A stretch of 63,119 nt of DNA, counting the filler, from Bipalium vagum (taxonomy: Eukaryota): assembly GCA_037834085.1 (NCBI GenBank). It is 3 parts of 3 records of this genome, joined end to end, with 100 filler letters (N's around TTAATTAATTAA, not from the genome) between each part and the next. Parts side by side here need not be neighbours in the genome. Positions count along the whole stretch, not along the records: positions 1 to 18,863 come from JBBMKC010017122.1; 2 more parts are not named here. One strand, 5' to 3'. The notes under the pieces were generated by a model. The model worked only from the letters and a program-made list of their open reading frames with translations. It was not told where the DNA came from and did no database searches. Both the position numbers and the translations under genes were made by a program. This document shows, piece after piece, positions 1 through 12,390 of this stretch (positions are counted from its first letter, which is position 1; every line of letters starts with the position of its first letter).

Positions 1-35
1 ATACTATTATTATTATTATTATTATTATTATATAG

Positions 36-186
36 TGAAACAGAAGACAAAGAACAATATTGGTAGCAAAACATTGTGGTTTGGTTGTGAAAGGAATCAA
101 GTAGTTGTTTATATTCTTCTTGACAACAATCGGGTGGAGAATAGATTGGCTACTTTTACAATGGAGTCTGAGATTGAAACAATCCG
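36..186 (+). CDS. Internal exon of a JIP3/JIP4 (MAPK8IP3/SPAG9) or ARHGEF17/10-type protein, C-terminal beta-propeller
   Basis: Bounded by tatag| and |gtac, 151 nt, phase 1 to phase 2. Reads KQKTKNNIGSKTLWFGCERNQVVVYILL...SEIETIR. TLWFG matches the TMWLG/SVWLG blade motif of this family. Confidence 0.65.
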
Positions 187-417
187 GTACATTAATTAAT
201 TAATTTTGTATTATCCTAATATTAGAAACCTTAAAGGGTGATCTGAAACATAAAAATAATACATTAGTTTTATCATTTCTTAAGAAATGCATATCTTATT
301 TCAGTACAATTTTATAAAGCAATTCTGTAATTATGTGCATAATGTTTTACTTTTATTTAAAACAAATTTTATTAATGACATGTATTTTATTATCAATTTA
401 ATATTTAAATTCTTCAG

Positions 418-645
418 ATATCATCTTGGAAGGGTTTTTGTGATCGAAAAAAAAGGATCATTGGGTGTTTTTGATTTGAACAAGGAAATGAATCAATGGG
501 ATTTTAATCAATGTTTAATGATAGATATCTCTGATGGCCTTCCAATTTCGGATTCATGTTGTGATCTAAATAGACGTCATTTATGGATTGGGTCATCCAC
601 AAATTGTTATATTTTAAACATGTCTTTCCTACAGATTGAGAAGAG
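418..645 (+). CDS. Next exon of the JIP3/ARHGEF17-type beta-propeller gene
   Basis: Bounded by ttcag| and |gtatt, 228 nt, phase-compatible with both neighbours. Reads YHLGRVFVIEKKGSLGVF...QWD...HLWIGSSTNCYILNMSFLQIEK, paralleling JIP3 HVKGRVLV...GTLAIF...QWD...VWCG...MQIEKSF. Confidence 0.75.
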
Positions 646-884
646 GTATTTTTAACCAATTATTATTTATTAGAATATCTTTATAAAGTTTAAAAATTAG
701 GATTTTTTAACAAATAAGTTAATAGATATATACAAAAACCCTATTGATAATTTGCTATAATCTTTAAAAAATAATTTAGGAATACATTTAGTATTTTTAT
801 TAATATAATTAATGAAAAATTAATACATAAGTAATTAAGGATTAAATTTGGAAAAAAAAACTAGTAGTATAGTTAATAATAATA

Positions 885-1650
885 TTAGGTTGTCCAGTAT
901 GAAATTTCATATTTTTATTCGTGCTTTCAAAATAGAATTAATCAACAAATAATAATAACTCATCTTGTTTACATATATATCAAATTAAGGAAAGATTTCA
1001 AGGTTTATTTACATTTTATAGGTAGGCATATTAATTTAAAATAATATTTTATTTTTCATCTTTTTCTGCAGTGTGTTAGATCAACAAATTCGAATATGCA
1101 TATTGTATGAGTTAACTCAACCACAATACATTAAAGTCTTCCTAAATGCTACATGGAGTCAATGAAGTACATATGTACGGATCAGATAGAGGTGGCTTAA
1201 TAAATTTCGCAATACTGACATTAGATTGGTTAATAAAGACTGGAAGACCGGTTTGTGGTTAAACTAAAACTAGTGAAGGAATCTATTATTATTATTATTA
1301 TTTGATTTTCACTGTAATAATAACTAAAATTAATAACAGTAATAAAATATTACAAGAATAGCAAATCCTGATGAATATTAATTCCTTCCTAAAGATTAAA
1401 TTTAAATTTCAAAATATTTAATAATCTAGATGTCAATATATGAGCCAACGAAAGAACATATGCGGCATTATTGGTGTTATTATTCATTTTAAAGAAAACC
1501 ACTGCAAAAACATGTATCCTACTTCAAGAAGCTTATGATGATCATGCTCCACTGACAAACACTTGTGAACTCTGGTTTAAGCGATTCAGAACATCTCAAA
1601 GATAGGAAACGTCCAGGTCAACCAAAAAAAATTAAAGATGTAAAAATAGA
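885..1650 (+). mobile_element. Two decayed mariner 5' fragments inside an intron
   Basis: Mariner-like TIR start ta|ttaggttgtccag near 885. Remnants RWLNKFRN (~1190) and KEHMRH...LQEAYDDHAP...CELWFKRF...RPGQPKK (1430-1630), interrupted by stops and frameshifts. Confidence 0.65.
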
Positions 1651-1901
1651 AGAATTTGGTCACCTGAAAGATAGATAAAAGTCATTCTACAATGTTATTT
1701 CGTAGATCAGTTATCCTATATTTTTCTTTTATATCAAAAAAATATTTAGAGGAAGATTCTTGATATGCAACACTAATTTATTTAACTTTAAAAAATTTCA
1801 AATAAAAAAAATCATGTTTAATCAATATCAAATTTTAAAGAGAGTTCGATCATTTACTTTTGTCAAGACATAAATTTTTGATTAAACAATACTTTTTTCA
1901 G

Positions 1902-2089
1902 TTTTCAAATTATAGATGAAAACTACGTTATTGATCATTGCACATCAGTTGAATCAATGGGTATTTTGGAAAAGTTCTCTTTAATGCTTCTTTCTGTCAG
2001 TCGAACAGGTTTAGTTCTGGGTTATGATTTGAAAAGTTTCAAATTTACGATGTCATTGGATATGAAGCCCAGTGTTTTTGATTTGATCG
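1902..2089 (+). CDS. Third visible exon of the JIP3/ARHGEF17-type beta-propeller gene
   Basis: Bounded by tttcag| and |gtttg, 188 nt. The splice completes QIEK-S-F. The exon ends LDMKPSVFDLI, comparable to VDIEPYVSKML in JIP3. Confidence 0.7.
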
Positions 2090-2650
2090 GTTTGTTTAAA
2101 GTTTATTTTACTCTCTTATGTTTAATGTTTGATGATAATAATTATTAATATTTTATTGTCCAACTAAATTTTATATTATATTTCAGATTAAGATAAGGTA
2201 TATATCCTACAATATAAATTAAAAATCCACTTAATAACTTTATTAAACTTTTGTTTGTCTATCCATTTTTCCTTTTTTTTTAAACACAATAAAATAAAGA
2301 ATAATCATTATTTTTCGAACTTCAATTTCTAGAAATTAAATAAAAATATAAGATTAATTTCTGTTAACAGCCCAAAAGACTATTTATTCTGTAATAATAT
2401 TAATTTAGACAATAACTTTTAACAGGTTTTAAATTGAAGGAAATCTCAAACTAATAAGTATTTTATGCTAAGCATGCTAAAATTAATATTTTTATTTATT
2501 TACAATTTTAAATCTTATCTCCTTATTTTGATCAGTTAAAAAATAAAGAAACCCTTCTGGCTAATTAATCGTTAAATTAATATTGCACATTTCTATTGTA
2601 CTTACAATATTTTTTCTTGTGTGGAACTTCTAAAACTCGTTTTTAATATA

Positions 2651-3560
2651 CAGTTGCCGCCAAAAATTATGTTGTTTGGATGTTTTAATGTCATAGTGAT
2701 GAAATACTATCTGTATATAAATTTTTTATTGATTTTATAGATAGATAATCATTTATATTATATTTTTAGATAAATAAACTTACAAGATAACTATTTTAAA
2801 TATTTTGAAAATGCCCAGAAAACAAGAACTTTCAACTGAAATCAGAGCCAAAATTGCAGCATACGCAGAGGGTGCATTGAGGCAAGTTGATATTACACGA
2901 TGCCTTAAAATAAACCAATCGGTTGTATCAAGGACGTTGAAAAATTATCGAGATCGTGGAAATAGAATTGTGACATCAAAACGTACAGACAGATTTATAC
3001 ATCGAACTTCATGTATTCATCCAATGTGGTCCGCAAAGGAAATTGCAGAAGAATTACCTAGTTCCCTATCGAATCGTACTGCCCAGCGTCGCCTCCACAC
3101 TCAATTCTGGCTCAAAGCATACAAACCAGCAAAAAAGCCACTTTTGTCTCAGAATAACATCAAGGATCACATAGCATTTTGTCGCAAATATAAACATTTG
3201 ACAGCTGAAATGAGGTGAAAGGTAATGTTTTCAGATGAGAGTCAATTTTGTCAATTCAAAAATTACATAATATATGTTAGTCGAACTAGGAATACACGTT
3301 ACAAGCTGAAATATACCTTATCAACTGTGCGGCACGCACTCTCTGTCATGGTCTGGGGATGTTTTTCCGGAAATGGAAAATGAAATTTATACTGCCTACC
3401 AAAAAACCTGACGATGAACACTAACAGTTATCTACAAGTTCTTCGGCAACATCTTCTGCCATCAATGCAACGCCTTGGCTGTAATCTTTTTCAACACGAT
3501 GGCGCTCCATGTCATAAAGCAAAGGTAGTGTCAAATTGGCTGGCAAGTGAGGATAGTAAT
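2651..3560 (+). mobile_element. Tc1-like DNA transposon, 3'-truncated, transposase pseudogene
   Basis: TA|CAGTTG TIR start at 2651. HTH ORF 2805-3218 continues past a stop as KVMFSDES...VMVWGCFS...FQHDGAPCHKAK and breaks off before the SPDLNPIE motif. Confidence 0.85.
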
Positions 3561-4364
3561 TACTTTTATAATTTTTTTGGAAAGGATTTTATATTCATTT
3601 TTAGACTTTATTCATTTTAATAACTGGTAATCTCTGGTAATTTGTAGATCAATTTCTATAACTTGTGGATATCTTATCACATTTACACTTATAATAAAAT
3701 TCAACTTATTATTTTGAAGTGATTATTAACAAAAAATCATTCATTACATTAAAACATATTGTTCGTTTCACGTGATCAAGTGAATCTTCTTTTGAAAAAA
3801 GAATTAATCTAATTATTTAGTGAACAAGCTTCAAACTGTTCGAAGTCAGCAGAAGCATCTAAGTTATATTATTACTTATGTTCACATAATTATGTAGTTA
3901 ATAGAATATTGTGACCGATAGCAATTTTCAAGTGGTTTTCAAATTTTAACTCATTGCCTTTTCTACTCAACACTCAAATATATCGGACTATGGACTATCT
4001 ATGATGAATGTATAGTGACCTTAATTCAAAAAAAACAATGCAGAACTACAAGAAAGATGTCAGATACAGTCAAAACCAAAATAGTACACATATGGTTTTC
4101 GTGCACCGAATTTTATTCCTGTTTTAAGTGTTAGTGAAAACTAGATAAATGCACATATCAAATTAATTTTTTTATATTATAATTATTTAATAATAATTAA
4201 TAATAATTCATAAAATTGTGTGTAAGAGTAATTTAGATTTTCAAAGATATTTTATTATTAAAATATTTTAAATTTTTTCAGAGTTATGTAATCCCAGATT
4301 TAACATATACCAACCTTAAAAAGAAAAATTATCCCTTATTTTCAATCAAAAGGTGAAAATTTTT

Positions 4365-4870
4365 AAATCTTATACTGTCAAAAACAATTGTCAGGAAGAA
4401 AGTAGCACCCATGTATGGATGTGATCCACCAACAATATCTCGTCTTGCACGGCAGAAACACAAAATCCGAGAAACGGTTCTGGAGAATGGAAACACATCA
4501 AAGAAGTGATTGCTCAAAGAAACTATGAGTTTGAAAAGGGGTTATGTCATAGCTGCAAGAAATGAAGCCGAATAAAACTATTATCAGTGCTCCAATGATT
4601 GCTGATTAAGAATGGTAGATTATGAGTTTTGAACCAAGAAATTGCTGGTTGGGTAAATGGAAAAATAAAGGAAACATTACTGTTATAAAATTCCATGTGG
4701 AAAAGGTGCTGTAAATCAGATCGGTGATGCAGAGAGGCTTAAGAAAGTATTACTTGGTAAACTTAATGAATGTAATCACAAAGATGCTTATAATGGAAAT
4801 CAATATAGTATATATTAAAAAGCATTCCCTAGTTGTACATTAACGATCAATAAGGACTTATCCGGGTTTT
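4365..4870 (+). mobile_element. Decayed pogo/Tigger (CENP-B-like) transposase fragment
   Basis: LSGRKVAPMYGCDPPTISRL is psq-HTH-like. DAYNGNQYSIY*KAFPSCTL resembles the pogo IYNADETGLFYKALPxRTL motif. Confidence 0.6.
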
Positions 4871-5364
4871 ACTATATTTTAAAATTCCTGAATATTATAA
4901 AAATTTTGAAAAACTTAGAAATATCCTAGTTATGATATTTTGGTACCTCATAAATTGACAGAAAACATTAATGATCACATTTCTGTTTGCAGTTTGCTAT
5001 GGAAAGAAACGAGAAATATTAATTTTTAACCCAGCTGAGGACAGGCATAGAAGAATAGGTCATTTATAAAAATAGTCTTAGAAAATTATTAAAATAAAAA
5101 GATTCTCCAAGTCACCCACTCTTCGGCCTGGTTTTTATTGAAAAATTTTTTTCAGTTTTGTTAGACAGGAAAAGAATTTATTGTAAACCTGTCTAACACT
5201 AAAACCATTAATGATGTGACATAACTAAAACATGTCCAAACAGTAAAAGAATGATATTTCATGAAGATATATTATATGATTTTCATCAATGACACTTCAA
5301 CAATATCAAATTTTGAAAATTTTGATTGTATGAATGTTTTATATACATGTTTATATACAATTAC

Positions 5365-5530
5365 ATATTCATCTGATATTGCTCCTTCAGATTACCACTT
5401 TTCGTTTCTTACAGAATAGTTTAGATAGGAAAGAATTTCAGTCTTAAGAAAATATCAAAGTACACCTGGAAATATTTCATCCAACAGTCTGCAGAATTCT
5501 TTATTGATGGCATCATGAATCGTGTTAACT
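5365..5530 (+). mobile_element. Mariner 3' fragment
   Basis: YSSDIAPSDYH, equivalent to YSPDLAPSDY. Confidence 0.7.
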
Positions 5531-5769
5531 AGAACACATCTTTCCATACAAAAATTATCAAATATTCTGTTTAAAAACTATTCCGATTACCAAAAACTTC
5601 TTTTATTCCCATTTTTCCCCGTTGAAAGTAAATTTATTAAAGATTATATTTTTATTACTTACAGAAAAAAATATTTTTGTTAAATTTATTAATTATTAAA
5701 TATGATCATTCAATTATTTGATGCTACTCAAATTTATTATTTTATCAATATATTTAACCATTTTCTAGA

Positions 5770-6560
5770 AATAGTTTAACACCTCTCCCTCATTTCCAGT
5801 AATCAAAGAAAGATTACTTAGAAACGCGTATCCAGAAAGAAAAATAGAAGATCATTAATGATACCGTTTCAAATTTAATTAAGCGAAAAATATTGAAAAA
5901 GATCGCCAAAAATTAATGGAAAATAAAAAAGAAGAGTTTAAAAAAGTCGTAAAAATCCAATTTTCAAAAGGATTTAAAGCTTTCAAAAACATACTAGAAA
6001 AGGTTGTTGGACATGAGAATTTAAAATTGATATCACTGACATCGAAAACTAGAAATTATTTAAGTCAAAAGCCATACATCAATAGTGTTGCGAGCTAATG
6101 TCGTGTACCAATTTACATGTCATGGATGTAATAATCTATACATAGGAGAGATACAACGTCTTCTCCGAACACGCATTAGCGAGCATTCACAACCAAGCAG
6201 AACAAGCAAGGTGTTGGATCATACAGTAAACTGTGGTGAAAGAAAAAGCAAAGTTAAAGAGAACGAATTCAGAATAATTATGGGAAACTTTAATAATAAT
6301 GATGAATGAAAGATCTGTGTGTCATTATTAATCAAAGAAAGGCAACCAAATTTTAACATCCAAACGGGAGAGAGTAAGAACCAATAGATCGTTAATATTT
6401 TCTATGATTAATTTTTATTTTTAAAAAAAATCTTTTATCCAATAATAATCAAAAATAATTTTTAATTTTTAAATACCGTTATTTAACGATTTAAAATATA
6501 AATATCAAAAACATTGGCTGATGAAGAACTGAAAAATAAAAGTTCAAAACATTTTTCATG
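5770..6560 (+). mobile_element. Penelope-like retroelement 3' portion (RT C-terminus plus GIY-YIG endonuclease), decayed
   Basis: IKERLLRNAYP resembles the PLE thumb-region LxxNGYP motif. ORF 6085-6309 reads NVVYQFTCHGCNNLYIGEIQRLLRTRISEH, the PLE GIY-YIG signature with CxxC. Confidence 0.85.
6505..6560 (+). ncRNA. Degenerate minimal hammerhead ribozyme of the PLE terminal repeat
   Basis: CTGATGA (6518-6524), stem II GAACT/AGTTC (6526-6530 and 6541-6545), then AAAAC where GAAAC is expected. Lies just 3' of the PLE coding region. Confidence 0.5.
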
Positions 6561-6640
6561 AAAATATATATTTGAATAAATTTTGTAATCATTTAATAAA
6601 AGGCATATATTCGAGAAATAATAACAATATGTACAGGTAA

Positions 6641-7000
6641 TTAATCTTCAATAAAGTTCCCAGAAACGTCAACATATTTTTTCCAGTGATTTATAAGTTG
6701 CAAGAAGACATTTTTGAAGAAATCGAGAGATTTGCAGTTCAGATAATCAGCGAGTCTTTTTCCAATCGTCTTAATGAAAATTATTAACCTCCCGCTTGAG
6801 GTGTTTGAACAAAAAGAAATCGGAAGGAGCCAAGTCTGGACTGTAGGGAGCAAAATCAAGCAACAATCCTCAATTGGTGTTTTTGTGTGGTTAGGTACGT
6901 TGTCATGCAGGTAATACAATTCAGAGATTTGGCTCTTTCTCCTTAGTGTCCTAGCTTATTGTACAAGATTGATAGAGTATTGACTGTTGATATGAATACG
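6641..7000 (-). mobile_element. Mariner 3' fragment
   Basis: YLHDNVPNH, frameshifted PYSPDLAPSDF, and C-terminal HWKKYVDVSGNFIED. Confidence 0.75.
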
Positions 7001-9249
7001 TGATTCAGCAATATCGGTGAGAAAAATTTATAAATTCTAAAGCTAAATCTAACTGCGATGAATTTATTTGGGTGAAGATATAATATATTGTACTATCGAT
7101 GAGGTTTAAGTTTGGGAAAAATAATAAAGAATAAATAAAGTGTTTGGGAAAAACAATTGCTTTTATGAATGTGCAATAAAATGGTTCCATCAATTTAAAA
7201 CCAGATCTCTGAAAGACAGACATTGCTTTGATTGACCGTTAGCTGGCATATGATAATATTTTAAAAATAATCAAAACCAATACAATGGAGCACATAAAGA
7301 ATTATCTTAACACATTTCCTAAACATTTGCGCAACTAATTATAATGATCTGAAGAGCCTTCTAGAAATCGATTGATTTTCCTTCTTCACTTTTAATGTCT
7401 TAATGAAGATTCCTCTGTAGTTTACTGTTACAGATTTTAATCATCTTTAAAAAAATTTGTTTTTAATATTTTGCTTATATTACAGGTGACTACGGAAGAC
7501 GCAACTGATTAAAATATAACCAATGTGAATGAAATAATTAGTAAATATAAATAGCATAAATATAGAAATTTATGGTGAAGGGATTTTTTATGAGTAGTTT
7601 TTATGGTGAACGGTAATTTTTCCAATTGGGGTTTCCTGAAAACCATATACATACTCTAACACCCTTAGTTTACTCCGAGAAACGATTTATAAGGTCTTTC
7701 TTTTTATTACTAATAGTCTGTGATATAATTTTTTCTTTTAACTTAAGGCGTAGGGTTATTTCTCGGATATTCGAACACGTGATGTGTAGGGGGAGTTAGG
7801 AAATATACTAGTCAGTTAAGATTTGTTTGTAGATTTCTATTTGGTTTTTTCTGGTACGCATTTTACCAGATCTGCGCACCCGAAGAACGGCGGAAAACAG
7901 GTAATTTAATACTTGTTTAAGCCTATCCCTGAGCTTTGGATTGGTGAAAAGAAAAGATCCAACGCCAATCCGTTCCAAATAAAAACACTAGATTGCAGGA
8001 AAAAAAATATTAAACACTTTCGAAATTTAAGAATCGAAAATTATAATATGATTGCATAATTGACATGATTGGCTAATATTACAGTATTATGTATCATATT
8101 TATCCAATACTATTAAATATACTAAGAAAGAATATTTTTAATTAATATTGAGTAAAAATTCAATATTAATAGTCATAAAATTTTATATTAAAAAAATACC
8201 AACAGTAAAAAAATTAAATTATTAATAATTTATGACCTAATTTTAATTAGTAGCAAAAAAGTACAGTTAACTTGATATGGTAATATTATTTGAATAATTT
8301 TTAAAGTTTTCTGTTATTGAAGATTATTAAGTCCGAATCAAAGATAATGCTGATTTGCGTTGTTAGTTTTGTAAATCAAAGATTCCCTGCGTATTTTAAA
8401 TTATGATTAACTTAATAAAATCTAAATGTTCTAATAATCCATTTAAGCATTAATTTTTAATCAATTATTCACAGTATTTTGACTGATCAAATTTCCAAAA
8501 TGTTAAATGTGTTTTTTGAAGTGTAATATATAATTAATAAGAGTAATGTTATATTCTTTACATTCAATACGATAAACTGTAACTAGTCTATTAGATTTGA
8601 GATATCTCATCAAAAGATAAGTGAGAGCATGATGGCATACTTTTGTTTCAAGTGGTTTAAAAGCGATGATTTCAGTCTGATAAACAATTAACATACTGGA
8701 CTCTTCGATAAGACAATATTATTTTTAACTAATTATAAAAGAAATTTTTAATAAGAAAGTTAAGAATAATGAAAGAGAACAAAAGTTTAAGAGAATAATG
8801 AATACCATTTTTCAGAATAATAATAAATAAACCAGTAAACTGTTTCCATCCTACTACATGAGATAGATAAGATTTCATAAGAAAAATAAGCTCAATGAAA
8901 CTTACAAAATTCAGCGAAAATTATTTTAATAGGACAGTGATAAATTTATCTGCTGATGATAACGATCCACCAGACATTGCTCCAACAGATTATCATTTAT
9001 TTAGGTCTGTAAAAGCATTATGACTTGGACTTTATCAAGTTCAAAGATATTAAAATTAAACTCAATAATAAACCTTTAATTGATTGGTTTCATTAACTAA
9101 GATCAATGCTTTTTTTTTCATTTTAATTATGTTTTAATTAAAATAAATATAGTATTTTGCAAGAAACAGGAATTTATTTAAACATCCTTATATGTTAATA
9201 TTTTTTTCAGTTTAAGAATACTTGACTCACCTTGGAATAACAGAATATA

Positions 9250-10030
9250 GTCTGTTTCAGGAGGTGATCACAATAATCAGAAAATAGACTTACGAAACTT
9301 CATTCCAAAAGTCACTGTTCACACGGATATGAAACGTGAATTGAAATGTTTTTCTTATAAAATCACAATATGGTAGTCTGTCATGCACAATCATTAAGAA
9401 AATCTTTATGGCATTGAAAAGAATGATGTCAAACATATTCAAGTATCCCTATTTGTGTGGAGTGATAAATATTCAGTGAATATTATTAGATAGCTTAACA
9501 GAAAAAAATTGTCGATTTTGGGGAACCCAAAAGTCAGATATTGTGATTGAATACTCCACATTCTCACAAAAGATCATAGTCTTAATTTGGATGTCGTCTT
9601 CTTTTGGGCCATATTTCTTTGAGCATAATGGCAAAAGTGAAACAATAAATTCTAGTAGATATTTGGATATGTTGATTCATAACTTTATTCCAAAGCTGAA
9701 AAAACGGTATAATTTTCAAAAAAAAAGTTGTCTGCTCCTCATATTGCTAAACAATTACGAGTATTCTTTCGTAATTGTTCTGTTCTAAAAAAAGTAATTT
9801 CTAATAAAATATTCCGTGCCTTAGCACTTTTCTAACACATTTAGATTTCTGGCTATGGTTATTATTGAAAGGATAGGTTTATACATACGGCAATAAAATC
9901 TTGAAATAATAAAGAAAGGTATCACACTAGCAGAGCCTGTCAAAAAAAATTCAAGAATCTATGGAGGATATCACACGTAGGCCGGAAGCATGTTTTGAAA
10001 ATGAAAGTGGACAATCAAATAAAAATTGAT
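9250..10030 (+). mobile_element. Decayed Tc1/mariner of the rosa (DD41D)/maT type
   Basis: NCRFWG...SFGPYFFEHNGKSETINSSRYLDML and LDFWLW motifs typical of this group. Confidence 0.65.
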
Positions 10031-10307
10031 TGATGTACATATCACTTTATTGTAATTTTTTTGATATATTATATTATAACACAATTTTGTTAAATAAATC
10101 CACATTTTTAATTTTAAAATGTATTAAGTACGCAAGAAAGTAATGTAACTTTTTATATTCATTACAAAATCAAAACTTGTTAGTCTTTAACATTTTAATA
10201 TGCAAAATATTTTTTTGTTTATATAACGTACATAAATAGTGCATTGTTTAAATGAAACATTTCATATTTGTTCATAAAATTATTTTTTAATACTTTTAGA
10301 ATTGAAA

Positions 10308-10930
10308 ATGTGTGAAGAAACTCATTTTAGACATTTCATCCTTTATGATTCACAAAAAGACATATGCTGTTCTCGTATCAAAAAATTTGTGACATTTATG
10401 GATTGGTAGCAGTTTATGTTCATAGAGTGCAGCGGTGGTTTCTGGTTTTCGAGAGAAATTTTAAATTGGAAGATGATACCATGGGCATCCAAAAAGCGTT
10501 GCTATATATTACACGGTGTGCTGCTAAAAATTCGTTCTCTACCACCACAGAAATTGCAGAAGAATGTAAAGTGTCCATCACATCAATTGAAAATCATATC
10601 TTGGCCATCGGATACATTTAAAAATTTTCCAAATATATTCTTCATAAAATTATTGATGTTAAACGTATGGATCGTTGTGATGTTTCTTATACTCTAACCG
10701 CTATGCACAAAAGTAATCCTTTTCTCGATCCACTTATAACTAGTGAATGGATTATGTAAGACAATGTGGTCCAGACAAACGAGTTCCACTGCATTATGAA
10801 TTTCTTCCTAAAGGTGAAATCATCACTGATGATGTGTACTGTGCTCAATTTTCTCGTTTAAGTCAATCATGAACACACGTCCAGTATTAGCTAACAGGAA
10901 AGGTGTTATTCTGATGAAAGCCACGATATA
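10308..10930 (+). mobile_element. Decayed mariner transposase
   Basis: MCEETHFRHFILYD...VQRWF...FKLEDD...TTTEIA...NPFLDPLIT...HYEFLPKGEIITDDVYCAQ, with stops. Confidence 0.7.
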
Positions 10931-11206
10931 GCAAGTACAGCCCATAAATTAAAAATAATTTTTTAAAGAAAAAAGTAAATGTGGTTTATAGTGAAAGAAA
11001 TCCAACTTATAATTTTAAATAACATTTAATTAAAATTTGTTTAATTAATTAATTCCATTTTTATTAAAATGAATGAAATAAGTGCGAGTAAGCTAAGTAA
11101 TTTTTTGTATTCAATTTACATAATTTTGTATTTTATTTATTATATAGAGATTATTGATTTAATGAAAGATTGCGACGAGTTAAAAACTAAAAATTATAAA
11201 AAAAAA

Positions 11207-11804
11207 ATTTTCCGAAATGAAAATAATAGATGCCCAAAACAAAAATATTCGAGAATGTAATTTTTATTTATTTATAAAAAAATATCTATTTCTGAAGAAT
11301 TTGAGTATGAAAGGACTGTCAAAAATACAAGAAGGTAATTCGATATTGAAAAGCCGATTAGACATAATTGAAAAAAATGAATGATTTGTATGAGAACACT
11401 AAAATAGTTCTTGCCAATTGCGTTGTCTGGGATGAAAATTCGTTCTATTTACCGACATGCGCAAAATTTTTGGTGTAAAACCTAGGATTCATGTTCTTTC
11501 ATCTTGGACGAAAATAAAATTTGTACATTTTAAACATTATAACTTTATTAGGGATATATAATGGTGCAAAATTTATAAATAATTTTAATAATAATTTTTA
11601 TTGTATTATTAAATAGCATAATTTGTATGTATAGCATAATAATTTTTTCCGAAATGAAAAAAATTAATAGATGCCCAAAACAAAAATATTTGAGAATTTA
11701 ATTTTGATTTATTTATAAGAAATTATCTATTTCTAAAGATTTTGAGTAAAATGACAAAGGACTGTCAAAATTACAAGAAAGTAGTTCGATATTGAAAAAC
11801 CGAT
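11207..11804. repeat. Diverged direct repeat pair of about 155 bp (11207-11358 and 11645-11804)
   Basis: Both copies read ttttccgaaatgaaaa...taatagatgcccaaaacaaaaatatt...tatctatttct...aaaggactgtcaaaa...ttcgatattgaaaa.ccgat. Confidence 0.9.
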
Positions 11805-11849
11805 CTATCATCAGTAGGTTTAGTTTACAAAAAATATTGCAGCTGTTAG

Positions 11850-12005
11850 AATGTCCATTAAACTAAAGCAAAATGAATCGATTCGGCGCCGTTCTCGGAA
11901 TTCTTATCTCCCAAACAACATTGTGGCGGAATTTGCACGATTATCTAGGCTTATATCAATATAAGATCTAACTGACTCAAGAACTAAAGCCGGATAACCA
12001 GTTAT
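11850..12005 (+). mobile_element. rosa-type transposase HTH fragment
   Basis: SIRRRS...SQTTLWRNLHDYLGLYQYKI*LTQELKP. Confidence 0.6.
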
Positions 12006-12307
12006 TGAGATTGTGAACTCATTACCAACTCTGTTAAAATTAAGAAAATAAAAAATATTGTTATGTTTACATTTTAATTATGTTATTATTAATTTACTAA
12101 TTACTATTTAAAAATTCAACAAAGATTGCCCTAGTAATAACATATTTTATCAAGTTAATCTCTCAGATTAAACCTGTGTAGCCTTCGACAATAAATATTT
12201 ATCTATTTCATTTATCTATTCATATCTATCGCATAAAAAACAAGCATATTACGAAAATAGAGAATTATTAAAAATATATATTATAAATTACTATTTGGAA
12301 TTACTAG

Positions 12308-12390
12308 ATTTTAGGTCACAAGGTGTAAAAGATACCTACACACAGTATAACCGTCTGGATATCGAGAATATAAATTTATTCTACGACTAA
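12308..12390 (+). CDS. Candidate terminal exon of the JIP3/ARHGEF17-type gene
   Basis: ctag| acceptor, phase 1. Reads (D)FRSQGVKDTYTQYNRLDIENINLFYD*, loosely like the ARHGEF17 tail DFR...GRDDSTNHLLLW. Intervening exons were not found. Confidence 0.25.

Noticed and set aside
3216-3384. In-frame TGA codons in the Tc1 transposase suggesting an alternative genetic code
   Set aside because: They fall at non-Trp positions in a decayed element. Host genes use TGG for Trp and TGA/TAA as stops.
7348-7378. CTGAAGAG...GAAATCGA hammerhead-like string; similar CTGATGA strings near 34046 and 50878
   Set aside because: Stems I and II cannot be formed and there is no adjacent PLE coding sequence.
7833-8000. 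Putative exon pair separated by a 21-nt intron (DFYLVFSG... and PIPELWIG...)
   Set aside because: No recognisable homology. The smallest supported introns here are about 50 nt.
8503-8700. 63-aa minus-strand ORF that could be an exon
   Set aside because: No family recognised and no partner exons could be linked.
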